Shown: positions 18,204-26,431 of the stretch, in pieces
How the letters are laid out: every line of letters begins with the position of its first letter
Numbering within the stretch: position 1 is the stretch's first letter
Sequence record: PX104379.1
Source: a phage
Strand: one strand, 5' to 3'
Length of the DNA: 64,000 nt
Made by a program: the position numbers and the translations under genes
The notes under the pieces: generated by a model
The model's input: the letters and a program-made list of their open reading frames with translations, nothing else
What the model was told of the DNA's origin: nothing
Databases searched by the model: none

Positions 18204-18220
18204 GAATCTAAGTCCTTCCG

Positions 18221-18823
18221 TTATAGATTAAATCCTTCAAAATCAAGAGTATAGATAGTATATGTTGAATACTTTTTATACTCATATCTATCTGCAATTC
18301 TAAATACACTTCCAGCTGGTATCATTACTTCTTGTTCATCTGAAACTAATTCCATATTACGATAACGATGGCTATCCGGAAACTTAAAGTTTGGATTGTA
18401 TTCTTTACAGCGTAGAGCTTTTATGGCATACTCCTGGAAATTGAATACCATAGGAGCTTTGAATTCAAAAATAACCTGTGTGTTATACTCTAAACCGGAA
18501 GCAAAATGTAGAGCTATATTTTTATCATATGAAGCTGATACGACTTTATCAAATGTAATAATATCAATTCCTTGATTTAATACTTGCTTAGTCTCAGCTG
18601 GAACACCTCTCCAAAGAGGTTTATCGTTTGGTTCCAAACGATATTTGATTATTTCATTTAACCAAGTATGGTCATCTGGCTTATTAGTAATACAATGAAT
18701 TAAAAGTTCAATTTCAGATAAATTAAACCCTTCAGAAAGCAATTCTTCACGAATAGAAGCACGCACCGATGCATCCATTGATTTTATTTTAAAATCTTTT
18801 AGTTGCATTACTGAGTATTTCAT
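18221..18823 (-). CDS. modA: ModA ADP-ribosyltransferase
   Basis: 200 aa as T4 ModA; R-S-E motif (LWRG, SAS, EQEVMIP). Confidence 0.7.
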   Translation of the reverse strand: MKYSVMQLKDFKIKSMDASVRASIREELLSEGFNLSEIELLIHCITNKPDDHTWLNEIIKYRLEPNDKPLWRGVPAETKQVLNQGIDIITFDKVVSASYDKNIALHFASGLEYNTQVIFEFKAPMVFNFQEYAIKALRCKEYNPNFKFPDSHRYRNMELVSDEQEVMIPAGSVFRIADRYEYKKYSTYTIYTLDFEGFNL

Positions 18824-19443
18824 TCAACTACCTCAATATCATAAACTTTAAATGTTCCAAATGAATCGTGTAATTTTTCTTTTGAAATAGAAGTTATTTT
18901 ATACTTTCCAATTGGAATCATCCATTCTTGTTCATGCACAATCATCATTAAGTTATCAGTACGCTCTGAATCTAGCCCATCAGTATCTTCATACGTGTAC
19001 TTAAACTCAGTATTAGGAGAAGAAAGTATAATATCGCTGATATGGTCAGAGTAATTAAAAGCTTTATCAGTTTTTAAACGAAGTATTGTTTCAGTGAAAT
19101 ATTCAGCATAAGAAAAAGAACATGCTGTATGCAAACTAGTAGTAAATGAATCTACCCTGTTCGTTGAAAACACTTCTCCAACTTGTAAATCTTTAATAAG
19201 TTCTTTTGTCGATTTTGATATACCACGATATAACTGATAAGGCGATTTAGTTAAATGCTTTTTAATGATTTTATTCAACTGCCGATGAAGAGCTTCATTC
19301 TTTTTAGCTTCCATACATTGCCAAAGAATTGACTGCTCGAAGTCAGTAAATTTTTCACAGACCTTTTTATACATATCATATTGAAAATCAACGCTTTCAG
19401 CTTTTATAGATAACTGTTCAACATCTGCAAGATTAATAATCAT
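18820..19443 (-). CDS. modB: ModB ADP-ribosyltransferase
   Basis: 207 aa as T4 ModB; R-S-E motif (LYRG, FTTS, HEQEWMIP). Confidence 0.7.
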   Translation of the reverse strand: MIINLADVEQLSIKAESVDFQYDMYKKVCEKFTDFEQSILWQCMEAKKNEALHRQLNKIIKKHLTKSPYQLYRGISKSTKELIKDLQVGEVFSTNRVDSFTTSLHTACSFSYAEYFTETILRLKTDKAFNYSDHISDIILSSPNTEFKYTYEDTDGLDSERTDNLMMIVHEQEWMIPIGKYKITSISKEKLHDSFGTFKVYDIEVVE

Positions 19444-19469
19444 GATAGCCTCCGTATACTTCAGAAGCT

Positions 19470-19499
19470 ATCATATCATCGTTAGAAAGGAAAGTAAAC
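19470..19499 (-). promoter_or_regulatory. T4-type early promoter for modB
   Basis: Minus strand GTTTACTttcctttctaacgatgaTATGAT. Confidence 0.55.
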
Positions 19500-19510
19500 A
19501 ACTTTTTGAA

Positions 19511-19693
19511 TTATTTTGCCCAGGGAGCCCAAGGCGGAGGGTCAAGATGGTATGAAGCTAGTTCTTCTAGAAGAGCATCTGGGGCTTCAATTCCATAATT
19601 CTGTAATACTATACGGTACTCTTTCTTATAATCACTAGAATCATTCTGGATATTCGTAGAATGATTATCTTCTAACATCTCAAATAAATCCAT
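19511..19693 (-). CDS. hypothetical protein (60 aa)
   Basis: ORF track. Confidence 0.4.
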   Translation of the reverse strand: MDLFEMLEDNHSTNIQNDSSDYKKEYRIVLQNYGIEAPDALLEELASYHLDPPPWAPWAK

Positions 19694-19701
19694 ATTAATT
19701 C

Positions 19702-20184
19702 CTAGCGATAAAAACCAAAATGACGATTAGCTTCAGCAATCTTTCTTTCTTCTTCGGACATTCTCCAGCGTAGTCCAACATCAAAATGAGCCCAGACCAT
19801 CTTAACAAATGCATTTATATCTTTAATATCTTCAATAATGAATGTTTTACTTTTAGAAGGCTGACTCGCTAAATTAAGTGCTAATTTAACGTTATCATCT
19901 TCAAACAGGTCAAAAAGACCATATTCATGAGCTCTTTTATAGCCTTTAATAGTTAAAGCTTCGGAAGAAGAAAACGGTGAATCAGTATTTTGCAAAATAT
20001 CTTCAGTATGCTTTATAATTAGAATAATATTTTCTGGATATTTTCTTTCTTTTATATCTTTAATTAAAAAATCCGGATTTTCTGCTAAAGGAATAATTAA
20101 TGAGCATTTTTTATCAAGTGTATTTACTGATTTACCTTCTTTAGACATAAATTCTATTGAATATAGTTTTGCTACTTCAATCAT
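19702..20184 (-). CDS. hypothetical protein (160 aa; Mrh-sized)
   Basis: Size and position correspond to T4 mrh. Confidence 0.45.
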
Positions 20185-20329
20185 GGGATTTCCTTTTACC
20201 TACTAATGGACCATCAGGAATTTTGTTTTCCTGGATATATTTCTCATTTTCTTCCATCATTTTACTACCTATTTTAAGAAGCAAATCCATTGCTTCATTT
20301 GCTTTTGCTTTAGCCTCTTCCAATGTCAT
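20177..20329 (-). CDS. micro-ORF (50 aa, helical)
   Basis: [50 protein letters not shown]; overlaps the downstream start. Confidence 0.35.
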
Positions 20330-20337
20330 ATCTTTGT

Positions 20338-20541
20338 TCATGATTTATCACCATAGATGTCTCTCATCAATTTAAGCGCTGAGCGTTCTAATTTCTTTTC
20401 TTTCTCAGCACTAATCATTGATTTCATCCATTCTTCCGATTCGTTCTGCATTTCTTTATTTGCCTGTTCAACCCAACCATCATCAATATACATTGAGTTT
20501 GGTCTATTGAACCATTCAAACATTTTCTTCAGAACTTTCAT
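20338..20541 (-). CDS. hypothetical protein (67 aa)
   Basis: ORF track. Confidence 0.45.
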
Positions 20542-21013
20542 TTGTTTTACCTAAAACAATAGTAGGATTATCATCAAATTCATGAATTTTGAGTAAATTT
20601 GGATTTAAACTATTCCATACAGAAGAAATAAAGTATGATAAAGCATCTTCACTCACAATTATAAATTTATTTCCTTTATCTATTTTCCAACTATATACTG
20701 AATCATATGAATAGAAAGATAAAGGTTTATCATTATATTTTTCTGTGTTAACATTAATGTATTCGGATTTAGTAAATGCTTCAATTGCTCTAAATGGAAT
20801 ATTTGGTACAGTTTCAATAATACCAATCTTTTTAAGTTTTATTTCAGCATCTTCTGGAACTGGCATTGAAACGAAATTTTCTACGAGATACATTGGGTCA
20901 CAATAACCCTTATCAATCATTACGGCTACAGTAATTGGAACATCTTTAGCAAACGACATGTTATTACTGCTAATATACATTTCAAACAAAATCGCTTCCA
21001 TAATTTTCCTCAA
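20516..21013 (-). CDS. hypothetical protein (165 aa)
   Basis: ORF track. Confidence 0.5.
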   Translation of the reverse strand: MRKIMEAILFEMYISSNNMSFAKDVPITVAVMIDKGYCDPMYLVENFVSMPVPEDAEIKLKKIGIIETVPNIPFRAIEAFTKSEYINVNTEKYNDKPLSFYSYDSVYSWKIDKGNKFIIVSEDALSYFISSVWNSLNPNLLKIHEFDDNPTIVLGKTNESSEENV

Positions 21014-21342
21014 TCACAAGATGTAGATGAACAACCAGAATCACAAGAACTTCCACATGAATCGCCTGCCCATACATGAACAGGAACATTCGTATCATAT
21101 GAATCAGAACTAGACTGTGTATTAGATGATGTAGTAGGTACTGACCAGCGCCAAGGATTTTTATAATATTCTTGGGCTTCTTCATAAGTCATAGTGACTG
21201 CTTCTACTGTTCCATCTCCCATATAAACATACTCAACTACAGTTAAAGGAAGGTAGTCATTTGAAATAGGAACTACACCTTCCCCAGGAGTCGTAGAGAA
21301 AAAATCCGTAAAGAAACTTTTAAACCAATTAAAGATAAACAT
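21010..21342 (-). CDS. hypothetical protein with Cys/Ser-rich C-terminal tail (110 aa)
   Basis: Ends ...[20 protein letters not shown]; 4-nt overlap with the downstream gene. Confidence 0.5.
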   Translation of the reverse strand: MFIFNWFKSFFTDFFSTTPGEGVVPISNDYLPLTVVEYVYMGDGTVEAVTMTYEEAQEYYKNPWRWSVPTTSSNTQSSSDSYDTNVPVHVWAGDSCGSSCDSGCSSTSCD

Positions 21343-21548
21343 TACAAAAAGCCTCTTTTGAATTCAACTTGTTTATCGCCATAATCATATCGAATCTCTG
21401 CATTAAATTCAACAGAACCATCTGCGTACATCATAAATGAATGCACAACAACTTCTGTAGACCATGGTTGTAGTTCATATTTCTTCATTACATGCCGTGA
21501 AATGATAATATCTAAATCTTCATTTGGTTTAATCCAACGATTTAACAT
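21342..21548 (-). CDS. hypothetical protein (68 aa)
   Basis: ORF track; RBS AGAGGAGAG. Confidence 0.5.
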   Translation of the reverse strand: MLNRWIKPNEDLDIIISRHVMKKYELQPWSTEVVVHSFMMYADGSVEFNAEIRYDYGDKQVEFKRGFL

Positions 21549-21574
21549 AGTGCTCTCCTCTATAAGATAATTCT

Positions 21575-21604
21575 ATTATACCATACTCATTTTGATATGT
21601 AAAC
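21575..21604 (-). promoter_or_regulatory. T4-type early promoter
   Basis: Minus strand GTTTACAtatcaaaatgagtatggTATAAT. Confidence 0.6.
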
Positions 21605-21619
21605 CATTTAAATGAAAAA

Positions 21620-21637
21620 GGACTCCCGAAGGAGTCC
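21620..21637 (-). terminator. GC hairpin (UUCG loop) after soc
   Basis: ggactcc-cgaa-ggagtcc. Confidence 0.55.
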
Positions 21638-21643
21638 TTGAAT

Positions 21644-21889
21644 TTATTCACCAGTTACTTTCCACAAATCTTCGTTTGCAGTAATCCATTCAGTACGTTG
21701 ATTTTCTTCATATACTGTAGAATATGCTGCTTTTTCTGAAGGGAATGTCTGGTAATGAGCACCAGAAATTTTATGAACGTCAGAATAAAGAGGGAAAGCT
21801 ACGGAAATTTCCTTTCCTTCAATTTTCTTATTTCCATCTAATTTCTGCTCAAATGTTTTGATATTAACATAACCGCGAGTACTAGCCAT
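21644..21889 (-). CDS. soc: Soc small outer capsid protein
   Basis: 81 aa ORF MASTRGYVNIKTFEQKLDGNKK..., recognisable as Soc (T4 Soc ~80 aa). Confidence 0.85.
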   Translation of the reverse strand: MASTRGYVNIKTFEQKLDGNKKIEGKEISVAFPLYSDVHKISGAHYQTFPSEKAAYSTVYEENQRTEWITANEDLWKVTGE

Positions 21890-21919
21890 GTAATTCTCCT
21901 TTTATTTAAATTACATGAT

Positions 21920-21927
21920 TATTTATA
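21920..21927 (-). promoter_or_regulatory. T4 late promoter TATAAATA upstream of soc
   Basis: Minus strand ttatTATAAATAatc about 30 nt upstream of GGAG and the soc ATG. Confidence 0.6.
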
Positions 21928-21957
21928 ATAAATTCTCGCGGCTTTTAAGACGAGCTG

Positions 21958-22476
21958 TTAATAACCTCGGTCCTGACGAGCAAAGTTCTCGGCATTTTTC
22001 AGATAATAAAGTTTAAAGATTTCTTCTGCTGTAAGACCAAGACCCTGGAACATATTCAGAACGAAATGAAGAATATCAATCATTTCAAATTTAATTTCTA
22101 ACTGGTCTTGTGGAGACAAATCAGTAATCAGAGTTTCACGACGTTCACCATGCTGCGACTTCCAAGGTTTCCATACAGCAGATGCGTCTTTTTCACCATT
22201 ACTCATACCACCAAGAGAAGTCAGAAGTTCACGGAATTCATCGTCAATATAATCTTTCTGATTACGCAACCAATCAACAACTTCACCGGCAGTAGCCAAG
22301 TCATCAGGATGACGATTATATTCAGGTTTATCTTTAGCTAAACGAATCTGCAGAGATTTCTGCATGTCAAGCATTACCTGCAGCGGGTCTTTTTCATCAC
22401 CGAGAATATCCCAATATTCATTTTGAGCTTTATCAGCGCCTTCGATCAGTTGACTACATTCGTTGAAATGTGGCAT
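21958..22476 (-). CDS. 56: dCTPase/dCTP pyrophosphatase gp56
   Basis: 172 aa versus 171 aa for T4 gp56; MazG-like. Confidence 0.85.
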   Translation of the reverse strand: MPHFNECSQLIEGADKAQNEYWDILGDEKDPLQVMLDMQKSLQIRLAKDKPEYNRHPDDLATAGEVVDWLRNQKDYIDDEFRELLTSLGGMSNGEKDASAVWKPWKSQHGERRETLITDLSPQDQLEIKFEMIDILHFVLNMFQGLGLTAEEIFKLYYLKNAENFARQDRGY

Positions 22477-22477
22477 G

Positions 22478-23128
22478 TTATTTTTCCTTTCTTATGAAGT
22501 TTTCTATCATATGTCTATAGCAGATATTAGGATAACCTGCCTTGACAGCTATTTTATTAAATTTTGTGCGCTTAGGTCTATTATTATAAACCCATAATTC
22601 ATAAAGCGCATCATAACTATTCCATATTTCTCCTCGCCTAGGATTTGGTAAACCATATCGAGGTGAATTTTTACCGCTAAATCTTCCTTTTCGGGCTTTA
22701 CTCATATTAGCCTTGGCTTCATCGGATATAATTTTACCTTTATGAGCTAGACGCATTTTGGCTTTAGTTTCTTCTGGGGTCTTTTTGCCTTTAATCCATG
22801 ACGGCTTGCCATATCTAGGATTATTTTCACCCGAGAAAAGAACAGAGTTTTGGATTTTAAGGGTTTCTATTAATCTACTTGTTAATTTAACACCTTTATT
22901 ATATCGCATTAAATTTACAGCATAATGCAATCCTCTCACATCTGGATATATTTTAGTTAATAATCTATGAGCTATAAAATGCTCACGCGCAGTTAACTCA
23001 ACAAGATTGTTTTTGTCATCTGCTCCTCCTATACATCTAGGAATTATATGATGGCGTTCTTTATATCCGCCAAGATGCCGGCATTTAGCTTTTGTAATTA
23101 AAGCCGAGTAAATTTTTTGGTAATTCAC
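22478..23128 (-). CDS. free-standing HNH homing endonuclease (216 aa), GTG start
   Basis: HNH motif YKERHHIIPRCIGGADDKNNLVELTAREHFIAH; repeated NPRYG(K/L)P modules; GTG start with AAGGA RBS. Confidence 0.75.
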   Translation of the reverse strand: MNYQKIYSALITKAKCRHLGGYKERHHIIPRCIGGADDKNNLVELTAREHFIAHRLLTKIYPDVRGLHYAVNLMRYNKGVKLTSRLIETLKIQNSVLFSGENNPRYGKPSWIKGKKTPEETKAKMRLAHKGKIISDEAKANMSKARKGRFSGKNSPRYGLPNPRRGEIWNSYDALYELWVYNNRPKRTKFNKIAVKAGYPNICYRHMIENFIRKEK

Positions 23129-23161
23129 ATATATCCTTTCAATTCATGGGTTAGTAGATTA

Positions 23162-23185
23162 ATTATACAATAAATATATAAAGCA
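23162..23185 (-). promoter_or_regulatory. MotA-box middle promoter upstream of the HNH gene
   Basis: Minus strand TGCTTTA, 11 bp, TATAAT. Confidence 0.45.
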
Positions 23186-23198
23186 ATAAGGAGGATAT

Positions 23199-23399
23199 AT
23201 GGTACAAAAATTAATGGCACTTGTTAATGCCATAAAAGGTAATAAAAAACGTATAGCTTTTACTATTTCTGCTATGGTAGGAATTTTACTCTGGAACTTT
23301 ATTTTATCACCAATTGCAATTGCGCATGGTGTTAATATTCCAGTAGTTACTCTTGATACATTCGTAGATCTAGCATTTGCTTTAGTTGGGTTAATTTAA
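23199..23399 (+). CDS. plus-strand small membrane protein (66 aa), convergent with gene 61
   Basis: Strong SD AAGGAGG 7 nt before ATG; two hydrophobic segments; one of the only plus-strand ORFs that does not overlap another CDS. Confidence 0.5.
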   Translation: MVQKLMALVNAIKGNKKRIAFTISAMVGILLWNFILSPIAIAHGVNIPVVTLDTFVDLAFALVGLI

Positions 23400-24424
23400 A
23401 TCTTGGCATATTTAGATAGCCGCATTTTAGCCATTAACCCCTGGGCAATATTATTTTTCATATATTCCATAATTTGTTCAGGGGTTGCACCTTCCTTTCT
23501 AATCATATCATTGACATCTTTTGATTTCCAGGGAGATTTATCCCAAAACATAACCCTTTCTCCTGCATCAACTAATTTAGTCATTCGTTTGATAGTGTCA
23601 GGGTGACGAGGTTCATTATCTAAAACCCACACTCGTCTATCTTTAAATGGAACAATTTCTAGGTCTAATTGACCACCCGTAATAGCTATACCATTTTCAA
23701 TAAAAAGTGAATCTATAGGTCCTTCTAGAACATATACATCACCATCTTTAACTCGTTCGACTCCATATATTTTTGTTGCCTCAGGATAAGCTTTGATGGT
23801 GATATATTTTTGAGGAGCATCTTTCTTTAATGCACGTCCTTGAAAAGACTCAGCTTTTCCATTAGCATTATAAATTGGAATAACAAGACGAGGCTCAGAA
23901 ATTTCCTTTTTGTATGTTCCCGGTGCTATGCTATTAACTAATTTAGGCCATTCAGTTGTAAACCAAAGATATTTCCATTTATCCTTTGGAATACAACGAG
24001 CTTTTACATATTTTATAATTGGATGGTCTTCCGCCAGTTTATCTAATCTAACACATGACGGAAGAGATTTAATTATTTTCTTCTCAAGTTGTTTAGGAAG
24101 TTCTTTAGGTTTTTCTACTGGACGACTTTTACCTTTTTCTTTTCTTATTTCAAAGATATACTCACGATATAAATCAGGTTCAAACTCCTTTAAATATATT
24201 CCGATTGGTGCATGATAGTTACAGTTATAACAATGAATATTTCCTTCATTATTATCACCATAATACCATCCACGAGCTTTATTCTGGTCGGTTTTTGAAT
24301 CTCCACAAACAGGGCATCTAAACCGTAATTTAAAAGTTGAACTATTATTTACTTGTGTGAATTTAGGTAAATGAGCTAATGCACGATACGCAAACTCATT
24401 ATCAATCCAAGGTATTGATGACAT
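23396..24424 (-). CDS. 61: DNA primase gp61
   Basis: 342 aa as T4 gp61; N-terminal zinc-binding Cys cluster; Toprim-like centre. Confidence 0.9.
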   Translation of the reverse strand: MSSIPWIDNEFAYRALAHLPKFTQVNNSSTFKLRFRCPVCGDSKTDQNKARGWYYGDNNEGNIHCYNCNYHAPIGIYLKEFEPDLYREYIFEIRKEKGKSRPVEKPKELPKQLEKKIIKSLPSCVRLDKLAEDHPIIKYVKARCIPKDKWKYLWFTTEWPKLVNSIAPGTYKKEISEPRLVIPIYNANGKAESFQGRALKKDAPQKYITIKAYPEATKIYGVERVKDGDVYVLEGPIDSLFIENGIAITGGQLDLEIVPFKDRRVWVLDNEPRHPDTIKRMTKLVDAGERVMFWDKSPWKSKDVNDMIRKEGATPEQIMEYMKNNIAQGLMAKMRLSKYAKI

Positions 24425-24426
24425 TT

Positions 24427-24591
24427 TTACTCTTCTTTTTCTTTAGATTCCTCTTTTTTCTTTTTAGGAATCTGTTCAGGACCTTTATTTACTACAGCAC
24501 CTGATGTTGTTCCAGTAGAGATATTTTCAGGATTACCACCTGAATCTCCAGCAACCATATCTTCTTTAATAAATTCTTTATATGTTTTCAT
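24427..24591 (-). CDS. hypothetical acidic/basic protein (54 aa), 61.1-like
   Basis: MKTYKEFIKEDMVAGDSGGNPENISTGTTSGAVVNKGPEQIPKKKKEESKEKEE; not in the ORF track. Confidence 0.45.
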   Translation of the reverse strand: MKTYKEFIKEDMVAGDSGGNPENISTGTTSGAVVNKGPEQIPKKKKEESKEKEE

Positions 24592-24592
24592 A

Positions 24593-24949
24593 TTAACCTC
24601 TATTCATAAAAGCATTAAAAATTTGGTCATCAATAGATGGCACAGTAATATTTTCTGCATCATTTAGCAAATCATTAATTTCATCGGATAGCATAACACA
24701 TGTACCTTTATTTCCTGTAATTGTTACTGCGCAATTACGAACGTTTTCTTTATTAAATTTTAGGTTAATATTTTCGTAATGAAAATCCTTTAATGCTGAA
24801 TATATTTTTAAAATAAAATTGTCTTTTACTACAATAAACCCAACCTCACTATTAAAACGTGGTTCATGGAAACTGTAATAAACCTTTTCATCTATAAAAT
24901 CGTATGAAATTTTTTCCATTTTTAAATATGAAAATTCAGAACTATACAT
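24593..24949 (-). CDS. hypothetical protein (118 aa), shares C-terminus with the next ORF
   Basis: Ends SIDDQIFNAFMNRG; 3' end lies inside a ~48-bp direct repeat. Confidence 0.5.
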   Translation of the reverse strand: MYSSEFSYLKMEKISYDFIDEKVYYSFHEPRFNSEVGFIVVKDNFILKIYSALKDFHYENINLKFNKENVRNCAVTITGNKGTCVMLSDEINDLLNDAENITVPSIDDQIFNAFMNRG

Positions 24950-24950
24950 A

Positions 24951-25577
24951 TTAACCTTTATTCATAAAAGCATTAAAAATTTGGTCATCAATAGAAACAT
25001 TTACTTTAGACTGTTTTTCTGATGGTAATTCATATCCACATATTACAATTTTGTGATCAATATCAAAATACACAGAAGCAATATGATTAATGATGTTTTC
25101 AGTAAAGTCTAAATCAACATCAATATCTTTTTGACCACAGCCCAAAGGATAAATAATGCGAGTAATTCGATTATCTTTAACAAATATTCCACCGACATAC
25201 TCTGTGCTGCGTTTAAAGTCTACACGCCGACGAAATGAAAAATATTCAGGCTCTCTATGAGCTCGGCTCATAGGACACAACGAGTAACTAGAATAAGAGA
25301 TGTCAAATCCTACACCTTCGATATGAGCCAAAGTGTTATGATTAAACCAATTATAATCGTACGCCAAATCCATTAGATTATAATATGTAAAAGGCACCGG
25401 ATTAACATCATTAGTCACAAGCATGTAATTAGCAACTGCTATAATTTCATTGTTTTTAACGAATACAAACCGTGATTGATGCGAATGACCTGGACCCGCG
25501 TTTTCACGATTAATGATATAACACTGGGCACCTTTATATTTGTATGTATCTCTGCACTTGTGCATTTGATAGAGCAT
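24951..25577 (-). CDS. hypothetical protein (208 aa), 61.2-like
   Basis: Ends SIDDQIFNAFMNKG. Confidence 0.55.
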   Translation of the reverse strand: MLYQMHKCRDTYKYKGAQCYIINRENAGPGHSHQSRFVFVKNNEIIAVANYMLVTNDVNPVPFTYYNLMDLAYDYNWFNHNTLAHIEGVGFDISYSSYSLCPMSRAHREPEYFSFRRRVDFKRSTEYVGGIFVKDNRITRIIYPLGCGQKDIDVDLDFTENIINHIASVYFDIDHKIVICGYELPSEKQSKVNVSIDDQIFNAFMNKG

Positions 25578-25870
25578 TATTCACCTACCACTTCAGCGAT
25601 GATATTTTTATTATTAAAGTTTTTATCACAATACAGAACATAATTATACTGCATTACACCACCAGACTTAAGCTGTTTTTGTACTTCAGCTTTCATTTCA
25701 GGACGATCACGCTCAACGATATTCATAATATCCGCTTCAATTTGAGTTTCAACTTCAGTCTGATCTGCAGTCATAGACCATTCGCACAAATCTTTATCAT
25801 AACCTGCCATAGCAGGCTGAGCAGCACAAGAAGCTAAAGCAAAAATTGTGGCAAAGATAAATTTTTTCAT
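25577..25870 (-). CDS. sp: Sp (spackle) periplasmic protein
   Basis: 97 aa as T4 Sp; signal peptide MKKFIFATIFALASCAAQPAMA. Confidence 0.75.
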   Translation of the reverse strand: MKKFIFATIFALASCAAQPAMAGYDKDLCEWSMTADQTEVETQIEADIMNIVERDRPEMKAEVQKQLKSGGVMQYNYVLYCDKNFNNKNIIAEVVGE

Positions 25871-25898
25871 GATAATCTCCTCAGTAGTTTATGTTTAT

Positions 25899-25928
25899 AT
25901 AATATCTCAATTTCCAACAAAAGTAAAC
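25899..25928 (-). promoter_or_regulatory. T4-type early promoter
   Basis: Minus strand GTTTACTtttgttggaaattgagaTATTAT. Confidence 0.55.
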
Positions 25929-25930
25929 AG

Positions 25931-26188
25931 TTATTTTAAAACTTCTGCGTAATCACATGTTACAAACTGTTTCTCTAGCTTGACGATTTTACGAAAGTAT
26001 CTTTTGCATTGGCGAATCTGCCGCTTCGTAGGGCGAACAGCAAACTTAATAAATTCCACTCGACCAAATGGAGGGCTTTCTTCTGATGGAATATCTAACA
26101 CCAATTCCCACGTATCTGCAATAAGTGCTTTGAATTGCGTATTTTTCCTGACATTATACGGAGTAGGTTTAAATAAAACAATATGCAT
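25931..26188 (-). CDS. hypothetical protein (85 aa)
   Basis: ORF track. Confidence 0.5.
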   Translation of the reverse strand: MHIVLFKPTPYNVRKNTQFKALIADTWELVLDIPSEESPPFGRVEFIKFAVRPTKRQIRQCKRYFRKIVKLEKQFVTCDYAEVLK

Positions 26189-26189
26189 A

Positions 26190-26372
26190 TTATCCTCGGC
26201 AATCTACTTCACATACTTTCTTGTCATCAATGAAAGCTTTAACTAATGCTTTATTAACTTCAGCATATTGAGTAGTAGCCCATTGAACGTCATCTTTCAT
26301 CATTGTGGTTTCTTTAGTAAACATGCTTTCATTCTTAAACCACCCCATAAAAACTACCTTTACCAATTCCAT
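26190..26372 (-). CDS. dmd: Dmd (antitoxin against RnlA/LsoA)
   Basis: 60 aa; sequence and position just upstream of gene 41 as T4 dmd. Confidence 0.8.
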   Translation of the reverse strand: MELVKVVFMGWFKNESMFTKETTMMKDDVQWATTQYAEVNKALVKAFIDDKKVCEVDCRG

Positions 26373-26401
26373 AACAATCTCCTCATTTAACCAACAAGAC
26401 T

Positions 26402-26431
26402 ACTATACCATAGTCTTGTCAGCTTGTAAAC
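26402..26431 (-). promoter_or_regulatory. T4-type early promoter for dmd with dyad symmetry
   Basis: Minus strand GTTTACAagctgacaagactatggTATAGTagtcttg. Confidence 0.6.

Noticed and set aside
20982-21185. His-rich 67 aa ORF
   Set aside because: Alternative frame of the Cys/Ser-rich gene region; no independent start signals
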